Shown here piece after piece: positions 41,003-54,976 of a stretch of DNA of 64,000 nucleotides (position 1 is the stretch's first letter; the number at the start of each line of letters is the position of its first letter). Position numbers and translations under genes: made by a program. The DNA comes from Octopus vulgaris (lineage: Eukaryota). The notes under the pieces are model-generated. The model ran no database searches, was not told where the DNA came from, and saw only the letters and a program-made list of their open reading frames with translations. The stretch is taken from assembly GCA_951406725.2 (NCBI GenBank), contig OX597825.1, positions 87,854,001 to 87,918,000 on the forward strand, in the 5' to 3' direction.

Positions 41003-41835
41003 TTAGTACTGTTCGGTGAGAGATATATATAATTTACTGCATACAGCATAAAGGTAAGAGCTGCTAATAGTTTCATGCTGTGAAGACACGTGCCTAAGCT
41101 TTTTCTAACTGATCTTATGTGAACTCACGATAAAAAAACGAGCAGGATATTGATTCCGTTTCTATTCACCCTTCCACGTTTTGCATCACATGTATCTTTA
41201 TTTATATACATACATATCTACATGTATATACATATACACGCACACACCATTATACATTTACTTCAACACAGACAGAGATACAGACACAGGCACACACATG
41301 TACATAATGTACTATTCCGTGATGGTTACATCAACAAAAACGTGCTTCGTTTGGGGAGAGATAAGTATTATTTAATAGACACAATACATGCTTTTTATGT
41401 GCTGCTAACAATTTCATATGTAGTGAAATACCTCAAAATACTCATCAGGCACGAACCACATATCATAATTAATTAACAATTGAATGAAACAAGAAACGTG
41501 AAAAGTTGTGAAGGAAGCGTATAGAAAACGTGAAAGTTTAAAAAACGAAAAACGAATAGGCAAAAAGTAAAAATTTAAACCTTAAATGATAAGTCTGGGT
41601 AAGATACCACCAAGTTAATCAGTTATAGGCGGAATTTTCCATTTCTTCAAAATGAACATAGACATATGTTTACAACCGCTGAAAATTTCAGTTCTGGAGT
41701 TCAGTGGTGAGTTAAGGATTTTAGATCTCAGCAATATCTCTTTAATATGATGAATATGTTTGAAGTACTTTTCAACATATAAAACTATTGGTAGGTCATA
41801 AAAACATTATTGTGCCTTTAAATAGCTTATATACA

Positions 41836-42200
41836 TATTAGGTTGTCCAGAGAGGTTCGTAATAAATAATGCGGGTATGGATATTCGTCTTTGGTTGCTG
41901 TTTTCGGGGACCCTTACGCAAACTCCACGATCTTTTTCGCACTACGTTTTCGTACGCAATCCTTTTTTCATCTCCAATCACAAATTCTCTATAAAAATGC
42001 ATGCTTTCATTCCATTTCAAAAGCATATCGCAAGCGGAATACCAGTCCAAGCATTTCTTTTCTGTGAGTTTGTAAGGGACCCATATATTATAGTGATAAA
42101 TGCATCTTGGCTTCACTATGTGTTCCATGAGCCGCACTTTTAGAAACTTCCAACTCTAGTCGTGATATTTGAGATTCTTTCGATTTTTGCCAGAAAGTGA
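41836..42200 (-). mobile_element. Internally deleted mariner transposase remnant
   Basis: WVPYKLTE and FVIGDEKRIAYENVVRKRSW (WVPHEL motif and first catalytic Asp) joined to a TA+TTAGGTTG TIR-like end. Confidence 0.88.
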
Positions 42201-43019
42201 GATAAATTTACAAGGAATAATTACAAAGAATACAGTGAGGAGATCTTGTAGAATCATATGAACGTGGATAACAAGCAATGTGAAAAAAATACGAAATGCA
42301 AGAAGCAGAAAATAAGAGAATACAAATTAAGTTCTGAAAAAAAAAAGGAAAATGACACAGATATTGAAAACAGTCCTAATTCGACCGGTTTCAAAATGCT
42401 CGCTAATTTCTATTTTTTAGTTCTGTCTCAAAACCAACTTATCTCTCTGCCTCTGTGTGTGTGTGTGTCTGTCCGTCTCTTTCTGTCTCTCTCGCACACA
42501 CACACATCCTCTATATAATATAAATACACAGACACGCGTGTGTGTATGTATGTATGTGTGTGTATGTGTGTGTGTGTATGTGTGTGTGTACGTTTGTATT
42601 GGTGAATGTGTGTGGTTTGATACAAGAGTATGAATACCTAATTTCCAAAATACAAATTCCTTAGTCAAACGGAATTAGAATGCTGGAATTCTGCCAACGC
42701 ATTCATATGGCTTTAATGAGATGTTTATCATATCTTTCTATAGAATATCTCTCGCATCTTCCAATTGATTTCATTTCTATCTCACACATTAGTATCATTG
42801 CTCTGAATCGGATAATGTAAAGGGACACAACAGAAGAGATTTGTCTCACTTTTGCACGAATTACATAGTAATCTTCATTTGCACGTTTGTTTAGGCATTC
42901 CGCAAACGCAACGGTGTTGATTCTTTGAAATATCACCAAATATATTCCTCATACACAAATTAGACAACAAAGTGGCCATTAATTTGCTTCGCGAATAAGT
43001 ATGTGTGAGCATGCATCTA

Positions 43020-43440
43020 CAAAACGAGCCTAGCAGAACCACTACAGTCATTCTTCCAGAGATTCATTGAAAGTGGCAAGCTTCCAGGCAAATTGGAGGA
43101 GAGAATAATATGCTCTATTCATAAGGGAGTTGGCGGAGTGGATGCTAAAATATACAAGCCTATCTTTCTAATCACGCGTATCAGTAACGTAATAGAACGG
43201 TTCGTCTGTAGGAAACTAACCACGTTCCCAGAAGAAGAGAACTTACTGACTGGCACTCATCATCGTTTGCGAAAAGAAAGAAAGCAACAGACGCAACTCT
43301 TACAACATTATGGCTGGGTGCTGAAACAGTTGCTGAACCACTAAGATGTGGATACGATATATCTCGATAAAGTCGATCATGGAATGACATGCCGCATGCT
43401 GAGTGATCACGGCTTATTTGAAAAACTACAGTTGGTTGTT
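43020..43440 (+). mobile_element. CR1-like LINE RT N-terminal fragment
   Basis: LAEPLQSFF..IESGKLP...IICSIHKG....KIYKPI..ISNVIER...TQLLQHY...VDTIYL..DKVDHG. Confidence 0.85.
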
Positions 43441-43829
43441 GGAAGACCCTGCTGAAGGGACACGATATGGCATTGAAAAGCAGTCTGAATCGATGTTACA
43501 AGACAAAGAATGCTGTTCAGGGAACTGCTTTCCAAGTCTCTAGATGTTATCTGCCACCTCATGAGGACACGATCTTGGTTACGGAGTGCACTTCGACACT
43601 TGGTGGTCAGAAGATGTTGCCCAGAGGACATATGTCATTCAAATCAGTTTTCGTTTTAGGTTTGCATCGTTGATGATGAGGAATTTATGTGTGCTTGTTA
43701 GCCTCTTCCGTTAACGTGGAACTTCCGTTTGCTGGTTAACATCAATGACTCAGATCGCATCAATCGTCCAATCAAATAGTCCAAATGTTGGTATGAGTAC
43801 TGCTGAGGCAAAACATGGTGGGCATTCAA

Positions 43830-44480
43830 TAAAACACTGGGCTTCTAGCATTCATGAGTGAAAGGGAGAGTCGAAGTCTTTCTTGTAGTTCAGCCACATA
43901 ACATTTTTGTTAATCAAAAATTGCTCGGCACGTCCCCATCCTGCCTTCTTTCCAGTTGCTTGTTCTGCTGTGGTGATGGTCTTGGAGGAAGAGGTTTCAA
44001 CATGCTGTATAGATTTTATACTTTAACTTCTAGCATGAAATTGACCGGTAGTGATTTCCTATGCGGGTGTTTCTGCTTTTGGGGCTCAGCCGACTCTCTG
44101 TAAGAGATAATCAGTGTGGTATGCTTCTATTCCCATTGAGAACTTGCTGGTACAGATTGATAAGATACGGTCGGTAGAATGCTATCTTCTTGTTGCATTA
44201 TCCATCAGTCAAGTCTCTTCCAGATGCTTTTCCATCCTGAAGGTTTGGGATTACAGTCAGAAATGTATGACCATTCATGCTGTAAGACCTGGGTGTAATT
44301 CAGAGGCAATAATTACTTCGAATTTCTTCAAGCACAGAGCTTCTTGGTTAAATTCAATCTCTTCGCTCCAGATTTTCCTCCAGGAAGTATCTATGTCTCC
44401 TCGTGAAGGAGTGGCTGCCATATTTACTGAACCTTCTCTCATGTTTTTGTATTCTGCAACCTGATTCCGGTTAAATTTCT
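43830..44480 (-). mobile_element. R4/Dong-like non-LTR RT fragment
   Basis: Minus strand: PSRGDIDTSWRKIW, WKASGRD, PK..NT...HYRSISC..KYKIYT, EQATGKKAGWGRAEQFLINK, WLNYKKDFDS. Confidence 0.85.
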
Positions 44481-45541
44481 TTGTCTATTGTTTTGCTTTC
44501 TGACTTTATATGTGTATTACACACATACATGTACACATACATACACACCGATGTAATGTTTATGTGAGTGGCTCAGATTTTCAATAAATATTGGTTCGAG
44601 AACTATAAAAAAAATATACTGCTGATTTGGGACTATTGCCGCTATAAACCGGTTTTAAAAGCATTTATACCTTAAAACATGCGTTACCTTTGTTTACAGA
44701 TCTGCTGGAAAGATTACGCAGTGCAATAGACTTCCTTAAACAGTAATAATAAAATTAATTCCCACTTGAACATGATCTGGTTTGCTCAGTTCTATATTTA
44801 TGGCATCCAGTTTCTAATCTATACACATGCATACATATGCATGTGTATACATAGGTCTCATTCTTTCTCTCTCTTTGTATACACACACACACACACACAT
44901 ATATATATGTGTGTGTGTGTGTGTGTAAATATGAATGCTTGTGTACCTAGCGTATGCTACATGACGAGACGATTGCCCAAACTGCAGGTAAAGTCGACCT
45001 CATGAGGGCGGGTAAGATGATCACGCTTACCATAGTGATTAATGATACCTATTTTGTCGACCCCGAAAGGATGAAAGGCAAAATCGAACTCGGCGTAATT
45101 TAGACACGAACCGTAAAGAGAGACAGAATGCATTTTGTCCGTTCATCAAGCTTAAACAACCCTTATTCACGGTCCTTTAGAGTGGAATGCGCTACTCGAC
45201 CTGAAACAAATTCTAATTGGGCCCTATCTGCAAAGTCATGTTCTATTTGTTCTGAAATGAGATTAGCTTGTCGTGCACATATTCTTTGCGATGCATTTGC
45301 CTTGTGTACCCTTATTAGACGGGTGGTGTCACTTTAATGGCATGAACTGCCTTCTCACTCTGTAATAATAATAAAGAGTCTGGCGTGACAGTGTGTGTGT
45401 CTTGCTAAGTTGTGCAAGAGAAGCTGGCAATTTAGAAACGAACTTAAAATAATAATAGACTAGACATGCTAGCCACTGCCAGAGCCTTCGGCTTGTGTTT
45501 CTCTCTCTGTCCCCATCTCTTTCTCTCTCACCTTTAGTCTG

Positions 45542-45622
<81 letters not shown>

Positions 45623-46376
45623 TTGTGTCCCTTTCTAGCTATCTTTATATCTATCCGTTCATATGTATACATAGAGATATCTCTTGACAAGAATAAATAT
45701 ATATCTAGGTATTTTTACTAGACGCCCTTTCTGCATGTATGTATATAAGTGTATGTGTGTTCGACTCTAATGTATATATTCTTATTAGGAAGTCATCATA
45801 CTAATATTGTACGTCTCATAAACATACATGAACTCTCCATAGGTCACATTTCTTCAGCCAATTAATTAAATTAGGTTTGAGAATGTAGAAAGCTATTATC
45901 TTTTACATTCATTGATTATAAGGATATCTAGTAAGCGTTGTAAAATGTGTGCCACAGACTTCCAAATAAACAAAACAATATCACCGAAAACAATGCGTAA
46001 ATTTGGGAAATACTGGAAATGTAGCATCATATTCTTTGAGATTAATATAAATGTATGTTTTGAATATTTTGATTACATCTGTATAATCTTTAAAAAGTAT
46101 AAGGAAAAGGATTTTGAGCAGGTAAGACAGTGCTTTGCAAAATTAGATTCAGTAGAGAACAGTATAAATATGACGAACGAAGTTTTAATTCTCTTGAAGT
46201 TGACATCATTGATACTTTTGTTTTATTTTTTTCGTGTCTGAACATCATTTGAATGTTTAACTATTACACATATAGCGCGCGTGCTCATATATATTTCGCA
46301 CACAAGCCCGTGCACAGACGCACATACACACACTCAAATAACACACACATGCACGCACACATACGCACAAGCACGA

Positions 46377-46416
<40 letters not shown>

Positions 46417-46582
46417 GAGTAATGGCGCTAAGCATGGTTTACGTATAATCACAATTTAGATTAGTTGGAATATGTTTGTCACCTTTTTACCATGAGAGAG
46501 ATTATTCTCCTCGGTAACTGCTGTGTATTCACCTTTGGCAGTAGAAATATATGACTAACATACTTCAACTAACCTAGATTGT

Positions 46583-46643
<61 letters not shown>

Positions 46644-46644
<1 letters not shown>

Positions 46645-47066
46645 GACGTATATTTGCCACTTAAATGTGGCTAACCACTATGGGTGGGTGCTACTGTAGC
46701 TTGTACCCCCAGAGAACATCTCCAGCTGGTTATTGAGACACTTTCTGTGCCCGTATTTGCAAAGGCAATCCACCCTTCCCATCATTGACCTGACGTGATA
46801 CGCATGGACCCGGGTATCAGGGTATTTACCCGTCTTCAGCGCACAATCATCGGTCTTCGATGCGAAAGGGTCCCAATGCAAATATATATATCCTTTTTCC
46901 AAGTGAAGAAAAGTCACTGATCTCGAAAAAGTGTAAACAAGCAAATATAGATAGGGCATAGAAAGTGTATCAATAGCCAGCTGGAGTAGATGTTCTCGTG
47001 GGGCTACAAGCTACAGCAACATCCACCCTTAGTGGTTAGCCACATTTAAGTGGCAAATATACTTCA
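46644..47066. mobile_element. Fold-back element (arms 46644-46760 and 46941-47066) between TA-rich tracts
   Basis: Arms are clear reverse complements, e.g. TATATTTGCCACTTAAATGTGGCTAACCACTA / TAGTGGTTAGCCACATTTAAGTGGCAAATATA. Confidence 0.85.
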
Positions 47067-47119
47067 CATTGTCGTGCTGCTACTGTTTATACCTTGTTTA
47101 GAGATTTATCATATATATA

Positions 47120-47155
<36 letters not shown>

Positions 47156-47324
47156 TGTATGTATGTATGTATATATTTATATATGTATGAATGTATGTAG
47201 TTATGTATATGGTGATTGTCTACTCCTTATTCAGAGTCCACCACCTCATATACCTACACCTTAGAATCATCATGGCATCTGATGTGGCTTTTTAAACAAG
47301 ACAATTTTCTGAAAAGACAGTCAC

Positions 47325-48029
47325 ATAGATTGGAAGAAGGCAGTCTGCGTCAAATGCTTCTTTTGGCTGTCTCCACACGTATGCTCGGACGGTGGTCCGA
47401 GAAAATAACATTCTTCCACTGCTCTAGCGACCAACTTTGTAGGTTTTACTCCACTCTAAACGCTTTACGACGTTTGTTTTTGAAAGTAATGGTTTTCTGA
47501 TAGAGGCTCTCTCATGAAATCCTGCTTTGTGCAGCTCCCAGTGAACAGTTTTTGTGAAAACTGGGTTCTCGAGGTGGTCATTAAGCTCTGCAGTAATTTT
47601 GTGATCCGTTGTAACAATTCGCGTAAGAGTCCGATGGTCCCTATTTGAATGCTTTGGTTCTCTTCCAGAGTTTTGTTTCGACGAGGAAGTTTTTCCCCTT
47701 TCCTCAAATGCTGTCATAAAATTTGAGACAGTTCTTCTTGATACACCAAACATTTCTGCTGTTTTCATTACGCTAGCGCCTGCCATAAGAGCACCAACAA
47801 TTTGATCTCTTTGAAAGTCCGATAGATCTATCATTTTAATGAATTTTAATTACCTTTTTCTGATGATATCTGAAAAGAAACAGCAATTTTAGCAAAATAT
47901 ATTAAGCAACACTAATAATAAATTAAAAAAAGCATAACACAATATACAAGATTTTGACGGTTTTAAAGATATTTCAAAATTATGATACTATGCTGCTAGG
48001 TGTTTCCATTATTTTATCCAACCTCCGTA
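47325..48029 (-). mobile_element. Tc1-like transposon, 5' half
   Basis: ORF 47424-47834 (DLSDFQRDQIVG..SGR..RKPLLS..RLEW) encodes a paired HTH region; frameshifted continuation WKNVIFSD; TIR plus TA at 47997-48029. Confidence 0.92.
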
Positions 48030-48039
48030 TATATATTAT

Positions 48040-48197
48040 ATCCTTTTATTTGTTTCAATCATTTGACTGCGGCAATGCTGGAGCACTGCCTTTAATCGAT
48101 CAAATAACCCCAGGACTTATTCTTTGTAAGCCTAGTACTTATTCTATCGGGCTCTTATGCTGAATCGCTAAGTTACGGGGAGGTAGACACATCAGCA
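48040..48197 (-). mobile_element. 3' part of SINE family B
   Basis: Colinear with 14458-14615. Confidence 0.85.
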
Positions 48198-48647
48198 TAG
48201 GTGTTTCCATTATTTTGTCGAATCCCTGTATATGGACGATTTTCATGCATATGTGCAGCCTTCAGACTATTTACCTTATAATCAGCATCATCCAATTTCT
48301 GGTGCGGCCTTCTCTCCTTCCACATGACAAATTCTTCATGTTCCACAAGTTACAGTGTATGCGAGTGGGTCGGGTGGGTGTTGTATTTCTGCTTCTAAGG
48401 TTAAAGATTAATTAAGGTTAATTAGTTGCCAACAATAACTACTGAACGCATGGTGCAGGCTACCAGAGTATAGTCACATATTACAAGCGACTGATAATGT
48501 GTGTGTCAGTGTGTATATATTTCTCTGACTCTTTCTTGCTCTCTAGATACACACAGACGCATACATATAAATATACATATATATATATATAAATTACGAT
48601 TTCATAAGCTTAAAACTTACATGTGATCACCGTGTGATGACTATATA

Positions 48648-48707
<60 letters not shown>

Positions 48708-48933
48708 ATATATATATAAAAGGGTTGTATAAATTACTTTGCCGCATACTGAACTCATTAGAAATAGAGCTAAAACACTTTTAAAGTATTTCTAATACTT
48801 AAAGAAAATCATATATAGTGTATATATATACTAAGCCCTTTTATATATGTAATATTTGAATTCGCCTTAAATGGTCCCTTTGCATACTGAACACTTGGTG
48901 AAATTGATTAATAATTAATTAATTTTACCCTCA

Positions 48934-48964
<31 letters not shown>

Positions 48965-49107
48965 GTATAAATTCGGGTATCTACGAGATACCACCATGCT
49001 GAAAATAGCAGCCATGATCTGACTTTAAAACCGCCTAAATTGTTCACATATCAATACGGAGAAACAACTAAAAGACAAGATGAAACTAGTAAAAAAAATA
49101 CTGGATA

Positions 49108-49165
49108 ATTCTAGATCCGGATTTCTGACTTTGCACTTAGGAATGCTTTGCCTCGTCAGTAGAAT
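49108..49165 (-). ncRNA. Minimal type I hammerhead motif
   Basis: Minus strand: ATTCTA CTGACGA GGC aaa GCA ttcctaag TGC aaa GTC A GAAA TCCGGA TC TAGAAT. Confidence 0.82.
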
Positions 49166-49330
49166 ACACACAGAAGATAAACATAAATACATATACATAT
49201 AAATACAACATACGAATTCTTACATATACGAAAGTATACCTACATATATATGCACGTATGCATCATGGCCAGTTCAAAATATATATATGCATGTATGTAT
49301 GTATGTATAACATACACGCACAATGAAGAC

Positions 49331-49640
49331 CCGTGTCTTAGTGTCTAGTGTATACAGCTGACGATGATCAGGTCTTCGTTCGATATCTGGCAACGGGTTG
49401 TGTCCTCGACAAAAGCACTTTGTTGTACGTTGCTTCAATCTACTCACCTGACAGTAACGAATAGCACATGTGTTTTCAAGGCCAGCTTTGTTATATTCCG
49501 TGTCACTCTGAATCTGCATGGGAAGTACGTTATGGTTACGCATGTCTGGACGATGGGAACGCTCACCAATCTAATATAATGTCAGTTATTTACGTAAAGA
49601 CGGGCGGACCTGTCAAGCATCACAGGTTTGGTGCCCGGGA
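49331..49640 (+). mobile_element. Old tRNA-derived SINE, family C
   Basis: Degenerate A/B boxes (GTGTCTTAGTG, GTTCGATATC) then TTGTGTCCTCGACAAAAGCAC; related head at 57243. Confidence 0.5.
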
Positions 49641-49689
49641 GACTGATTCTTCGGCGTTTAACAATTGAATAAGAACCTTTCTTCTGGCT

Positions 49690-50090
49690 AAATTCCGTTC
49701 CTTCTGGAAACGTCCGCAAAAATAGTGATATCAACAGGCGCTACCTAAGAAGAGATAGAGGAGGTTGGGGAATGAGATTCGAGCAGACAGCCTTGGAATT
49801 TCACATCATCTGTCTCAGTCAGTATTTGCAAGGCAGCAGAAGCAAAATAAGTATATTGACTTTGTGCTGAAAGGTGAAGAAAACAATATCCTACGCATTG
49901 AACGTGAGCTCCTCAGGAAGTACTCTGTTCCCGATGACCTCCCGTACAACCTCAAATTAGCTGGACTAACCTGGAAGTGAATTGCTCATCATAAAAAAAG
50001 ACCATGCATGAGTATGTTTCTCGTAGACTCAAAGAAGATGTTAACAGTGGCAAGAAGCGAAGCCTCTCTTGGACAAGGGAAAGTAAGTAG
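49690..50090 (+). mobile_element. R4/Dong-like LINE fragment (post-RT region)
   Basis: NSDINRRYLRRDRGGWGM (RLY..R..GGRGL motif) and downstream K.MHEY..R...SLSW. Confidence 0.65.
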
Positions 50091-51215
50091 CGTCATAGTG
50101 GTCAGCTGTCCTGTTGATGTTAGTATCACTTTGAAAATCAAAGATAAAAAAAGATAACTATGGACGACTGCTTCGACCTCCAGCTTCTATACCCGGATTA
50201 CAAATTTACATGTTTACTAATAACAATTGGAGAATTTAGTTTTGTAGTAAATGCCTAATTGTCAGTCTGGACAAGCTTGGATTTTCAGAAAAAGTAATCA
50301 ACCAACTGATTCGCATATTACAAATACAATCTGTAATGGGAACAGTAAAACTATGCAAGACTTTTCTAAAGTTTAAAATGTGAAATTATTTTCGTTACCA
50401 ACATTCCAATGTCGGAGTTTTGTTTATTTGTTAGAAACCAGCTCCTTCTCCAGAGGAAGAATTTAAATGATTAAATACAGAAGAGGCGTACATACATACA
50501 TGCAGCACACACACACACACACTTAGTAAAATTTGCATACTGAACCGAATGCCATTCTTTTCTATTAGAATCCAACCTGTCACGCTCTTGTTAGATTGAT
50601 CATTGCGTCTCTCTTACAACCTGTTCTAGCTGAAGATGTTTCTGGAATTCAATACATGGATTCTATGTAGTCAAAAGCGAATGAGAAAAGGAATAGCACC
50701 GCCAATATTGGGATGTTTCGAAGGATTCTAATAGACAATGAATACTCAGGGAACTTCTTACTTCTTCCTACTCAGTAGCGAGATAATGCAAGGCGAAAAC
50801 GATCCTCCCTTATCAACATGCTATTTAAGAATTCAAGACTTTGGTGTTAGAAACATTATTACAAGTCTTCAGTCTCTATGTGGTTAGGGTTTAAGTAGAA
50901 GACTAACACCTACTGTACCTTTAATGAGGCAAAAGCTGTCTGATGGACAACTCACGTCCAGCGAGTATACCTGAACTGTAACAACATATTCAATCGAGAA
51001 GATCAATCTATTTTTAACGGCTCTCCTTGCATAGCATTTAAACAGTAATAAATGCAACTAAATCGGTTGCGCTATTTGCAAGCTGCACATATTCATTAGA
51101 CTGCACATTTACATAAATACCTACTTCGTTAGAAATTCGCCGAGGAAGTTGGAGAAAGAAGCGCCCCCATCCGCCTTAAAACATGACTTTCAATAACAAA
51201 CCTAATCTTTATTGA

Positions 51216-51405
51216 TTTCAAATTTTGGCACAAGGCCAGAAAATTCGAGGAATGAATTAAGTTGATTACGCCGCTTCCTGTAATTAACTGCTACTTAATT
51301 GATCGACCCCGGAGGGGATGAAAGGCGAAGTCGACCTGGGCGGAATTTGAACACAGAGCATAAAAGCAGGCGAAATGCCGCTAAGCCATTTGTCTGGTGC
51401 GTTAA
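51216..51405 (-). mobile_element. Diverged SINE family A
   Basis: GGATGAAAGGCGAAGTCGACC..GGAATTTGAAC. Confidence 0.8.
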
Positions 51406-53525
51406 CCAAACTGTTTTACTATGTATGACTGAACGAAGACAACCACTCAACAGGTGTCGCTCATTCTCCTCTGCAATTATAGTGTTTCAAAAATTACTGA
51501 TTAATTACTTTGAAATATAAACATGTTTCTGCCTTTGTTTTGCTGACGCGGGAAAATAGTTATGAGATATCAAAATAGAATTTAAAACCAGTTGTTTTAC
51601 TTCTGTGTGGCACTGAACTTCTTATCCTTGAAAACTATTATCATACAAATATTTAGTTTAATATTACGAATGCACAATGTGATATAATACAATATAACAT
51701 AATATAATATAATATGCGTGTGTGCATGTGTATGTGTGTGAATATGTATGTATATATTTTGTATTTTATATTTCCAATTTTCAGACAAAATTTGAAGATA
51801 GAAACAGGAAATCCTTAGAAGAATATTCAAAAGAACGGAAAATAAAATAAGAAAACATTTGATTCATTGCACATAAATAATGGCTTGATATGAAAAAGTT
51901 CTAAACATACGTTTAGTTTCTCAGTGACGGGAAGTGAGAGACATTGAATAAAATGTCAACGACATTCGTAAGATTCTTTTATAAATTTATAATTACTGGA
52001 AAAGCAAAAGACTTACGACAAGAAAGAGAAAGTGAGAAAGAAGCAAAACAAGCAACGACTGGAAATCGCATTGAATTTTAAATTCCTCAACCTATTATGG
52101 AGTTTCCGTTAAGTATAAATCCACCGAACCAACAATAATACTGTTAGAAATTTCACTTCAACAATACTCTTTCCTCTTTCCTCTTTCTTTCTCCTCACTA
52201 TCCTTTCTTCCTCTTCTTGCTCTTTCTGTCTTTCATTCGATTCATTTCTTATCTCTGCTTTTATGTCGTATTTCTGTTTTTTTTCCTTCTTCTTTTTCTA
52301 TGTAATCTTTTTATTATCAATCTCATAATTCGTTTGTTGGTCGTCTTCCTTTTTATCTTTCTGACCTTTTTTATTAATTTGCTCCCTTCACTTTCTGTTT
52401 CTCAGTCGCAATAGTTTTTCCTTTCGCTATTTTCTTGCGTTGCAGGAGGCGACTTCCAATCTGTATAATATATGTGACAACTGAAGCGTCATATTACTTG
52501 AAGACATTTAAGATTACAAAGGTTTTTCTACTTCATCATTCTTCAGTTATTTATTCCTCATAATCTTACAGTTTTTCTTTCTCTTACATTTCACATTAGC
52601 GACATCGGGGAAGAGAGATGATGAGGCAGCTTATAAGGAGGCAACACACGGCATTCACACTTTCCTCTAGAGTTTGCTACATTACATACAACCAAAGATA
52701 GCCATTTACTTTATAACTAGAACAAAGATTAATTTTTTTTTACACTTACGCAAACACACGTATATTCGATGCACACACACGCAACAAGATGCAGTCTCAC
52801 AAAACATGCACTTAAGCAAACACACAAATGTACAGATGTGCATTGTTTGCTGTGAACAAAGGTGATATATATCCTGCCCCCCCGTATCACATTTTTGTAT
52901 TACTTTAAATGTTATTCTTATTATATTTTCCAAAACAACACAGCAGCGTGTAAATGACTGAATATATATTCATACATATATATACTGCCATACATGCAAG
53001 CAAACATAATTTTACACGCATACACACACACATAGGCATATAAATGTGCACACTGGGGTAAATGCAAGAGTCAAAATTAGACAGCTTACAAAAGTATATG
53101 TGCTGCTTTCTTCGTATCTCTATATATCAGCATATTCTATAGTGTCACTACTAGACCTGTTGCCGTTAGTATTATATTTTCCTCTTTATGTTTTAATATT
53201 TGTAACAAAAAAGCATAGCATCCATTTTAATGAATATCTATCAGTTCCTATCGCAGTCACCTCCACAGGCCTATTCACATGTGTTGAACATTATCACATG
53301 ATAGTTCACGTTTTATGCTAAAATCGATCAAAGCAAAATAAGTATAATTATTTTGTTTTATAATATATTGAATATTCTCAATAACAATTTCATTCTTCCT
53401 TTAAAACTTATCCGAGAATTGAGAGGTGAAAATCGGAGTCAACCTGCTTAGATACAATGGAAATACAATCAGTCATACGTTCGCTTAAAAATAGCCACAA
53501 CGCAGTTCATACTATCGCACACATT

Positions 53526-53628
<103 letters not shown>

Positions 53629-54230
53629 ACACGAACACACACACATGCACTGAAATGTACGAGTTAGTGTTTGTCTTTTACAATACCATGATTCTTTTCG
53701 AAAAGGACATCCTCGGTCGTTCTTCCCTTATTCAGTATCAAACACCCACGCGTTAAGTTCTTCAGTGGAGTAATTCAATTACATTTGTGACTGAAGAAAC
53801 GTATTAAGCATTGTGCTTCATCGAATAATATTTGATAGCATGACATATCTATGGGTTTTCATTAGAGATAACGAAATGAAGGCAAGTATGAGAAGTGATT
53901 TCAAATGTCGAGAATTACAAAGAAACTGTTTTGTACAAAGAACATATTTATCTGGAATAATGTGTTTACATATCCTTTAAATTGTAGAAAATACATGAAA
54001 AACTAGGTTCGTCGAGTAATAACGTAATTTGCAAATAGTAATTCACAGGAAACGAAGGGTTGGCGGCTGGTACAAACAGTATGGACAAACTTACAAAATG
54101 CTCTAATGATGAGGTGAGACGCCTGGTTTCAATTGACAAACATCTCTAACTAATGCGTCTTGTGATAATTCTTTACCCCAGAAAATGATGCATGTATATA
54201 ACACACAGAAAGAGTGGCACACGTCAATAC

Positions 54231-54383
<153 letters not shown>

Positions 54384-54697
54384 CACCTGTCTGTCTGTCT
54401 GTCTATAGGCAGATATAGTTATAGAAAATGGGATAGATAATACTTCCTCTATACAATATTCACTTCATACAAATGCAACACGAGTTCAAAGCTCAGCAAA
54501 TAACGAAAGGTACTGCAACATACATCTATTTTAAATGTCAGGCAGCGAATATCCAAAAGAGACGTTAACAAACGCCCAGTAGATTTAAGCTGTTATTTCT
54601 ATAACAATAAGAAATGACAGTGAAGAACTACACTCATTTCTTTCTAACATTTCCATAAATATTTGACTATTATTTTCGAGTAAATTCATATATACAG

Positions 54698-54729
<32 letters not shown>

Positions 54730-54808
54730 ACACATATGATAAGAATCTTCGACTGAATATATAATCATATATTGGATTAATTTTCTAAGCGCATGTAACT
54801 GAAAATAC

Positions 54809-54976
54809 CTTTCTTTACTACCTACAAGGGGCCAAACAAGGATAGACAAAGGGATTAAGTTGATTATATCAACCCCGGTGCGTAATTGGTACTCATTTAA
54901 TCGACCCCGAAAGGAGGAAAGGCAAAGTCGACCTCGGCGGAATTTGAGCTCAGAACGTAGCGGCAAACAAAATACT
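54809..54976 (-). mobile_element. 5'-truncated SINE family A with 18-bp target site duplication
   Basis: Flanked by GCATGTAACTGAAAATAC (54791-54808) and GCGTGTAACTGAAAATAC (54977-54994). Confidence 0.9.
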
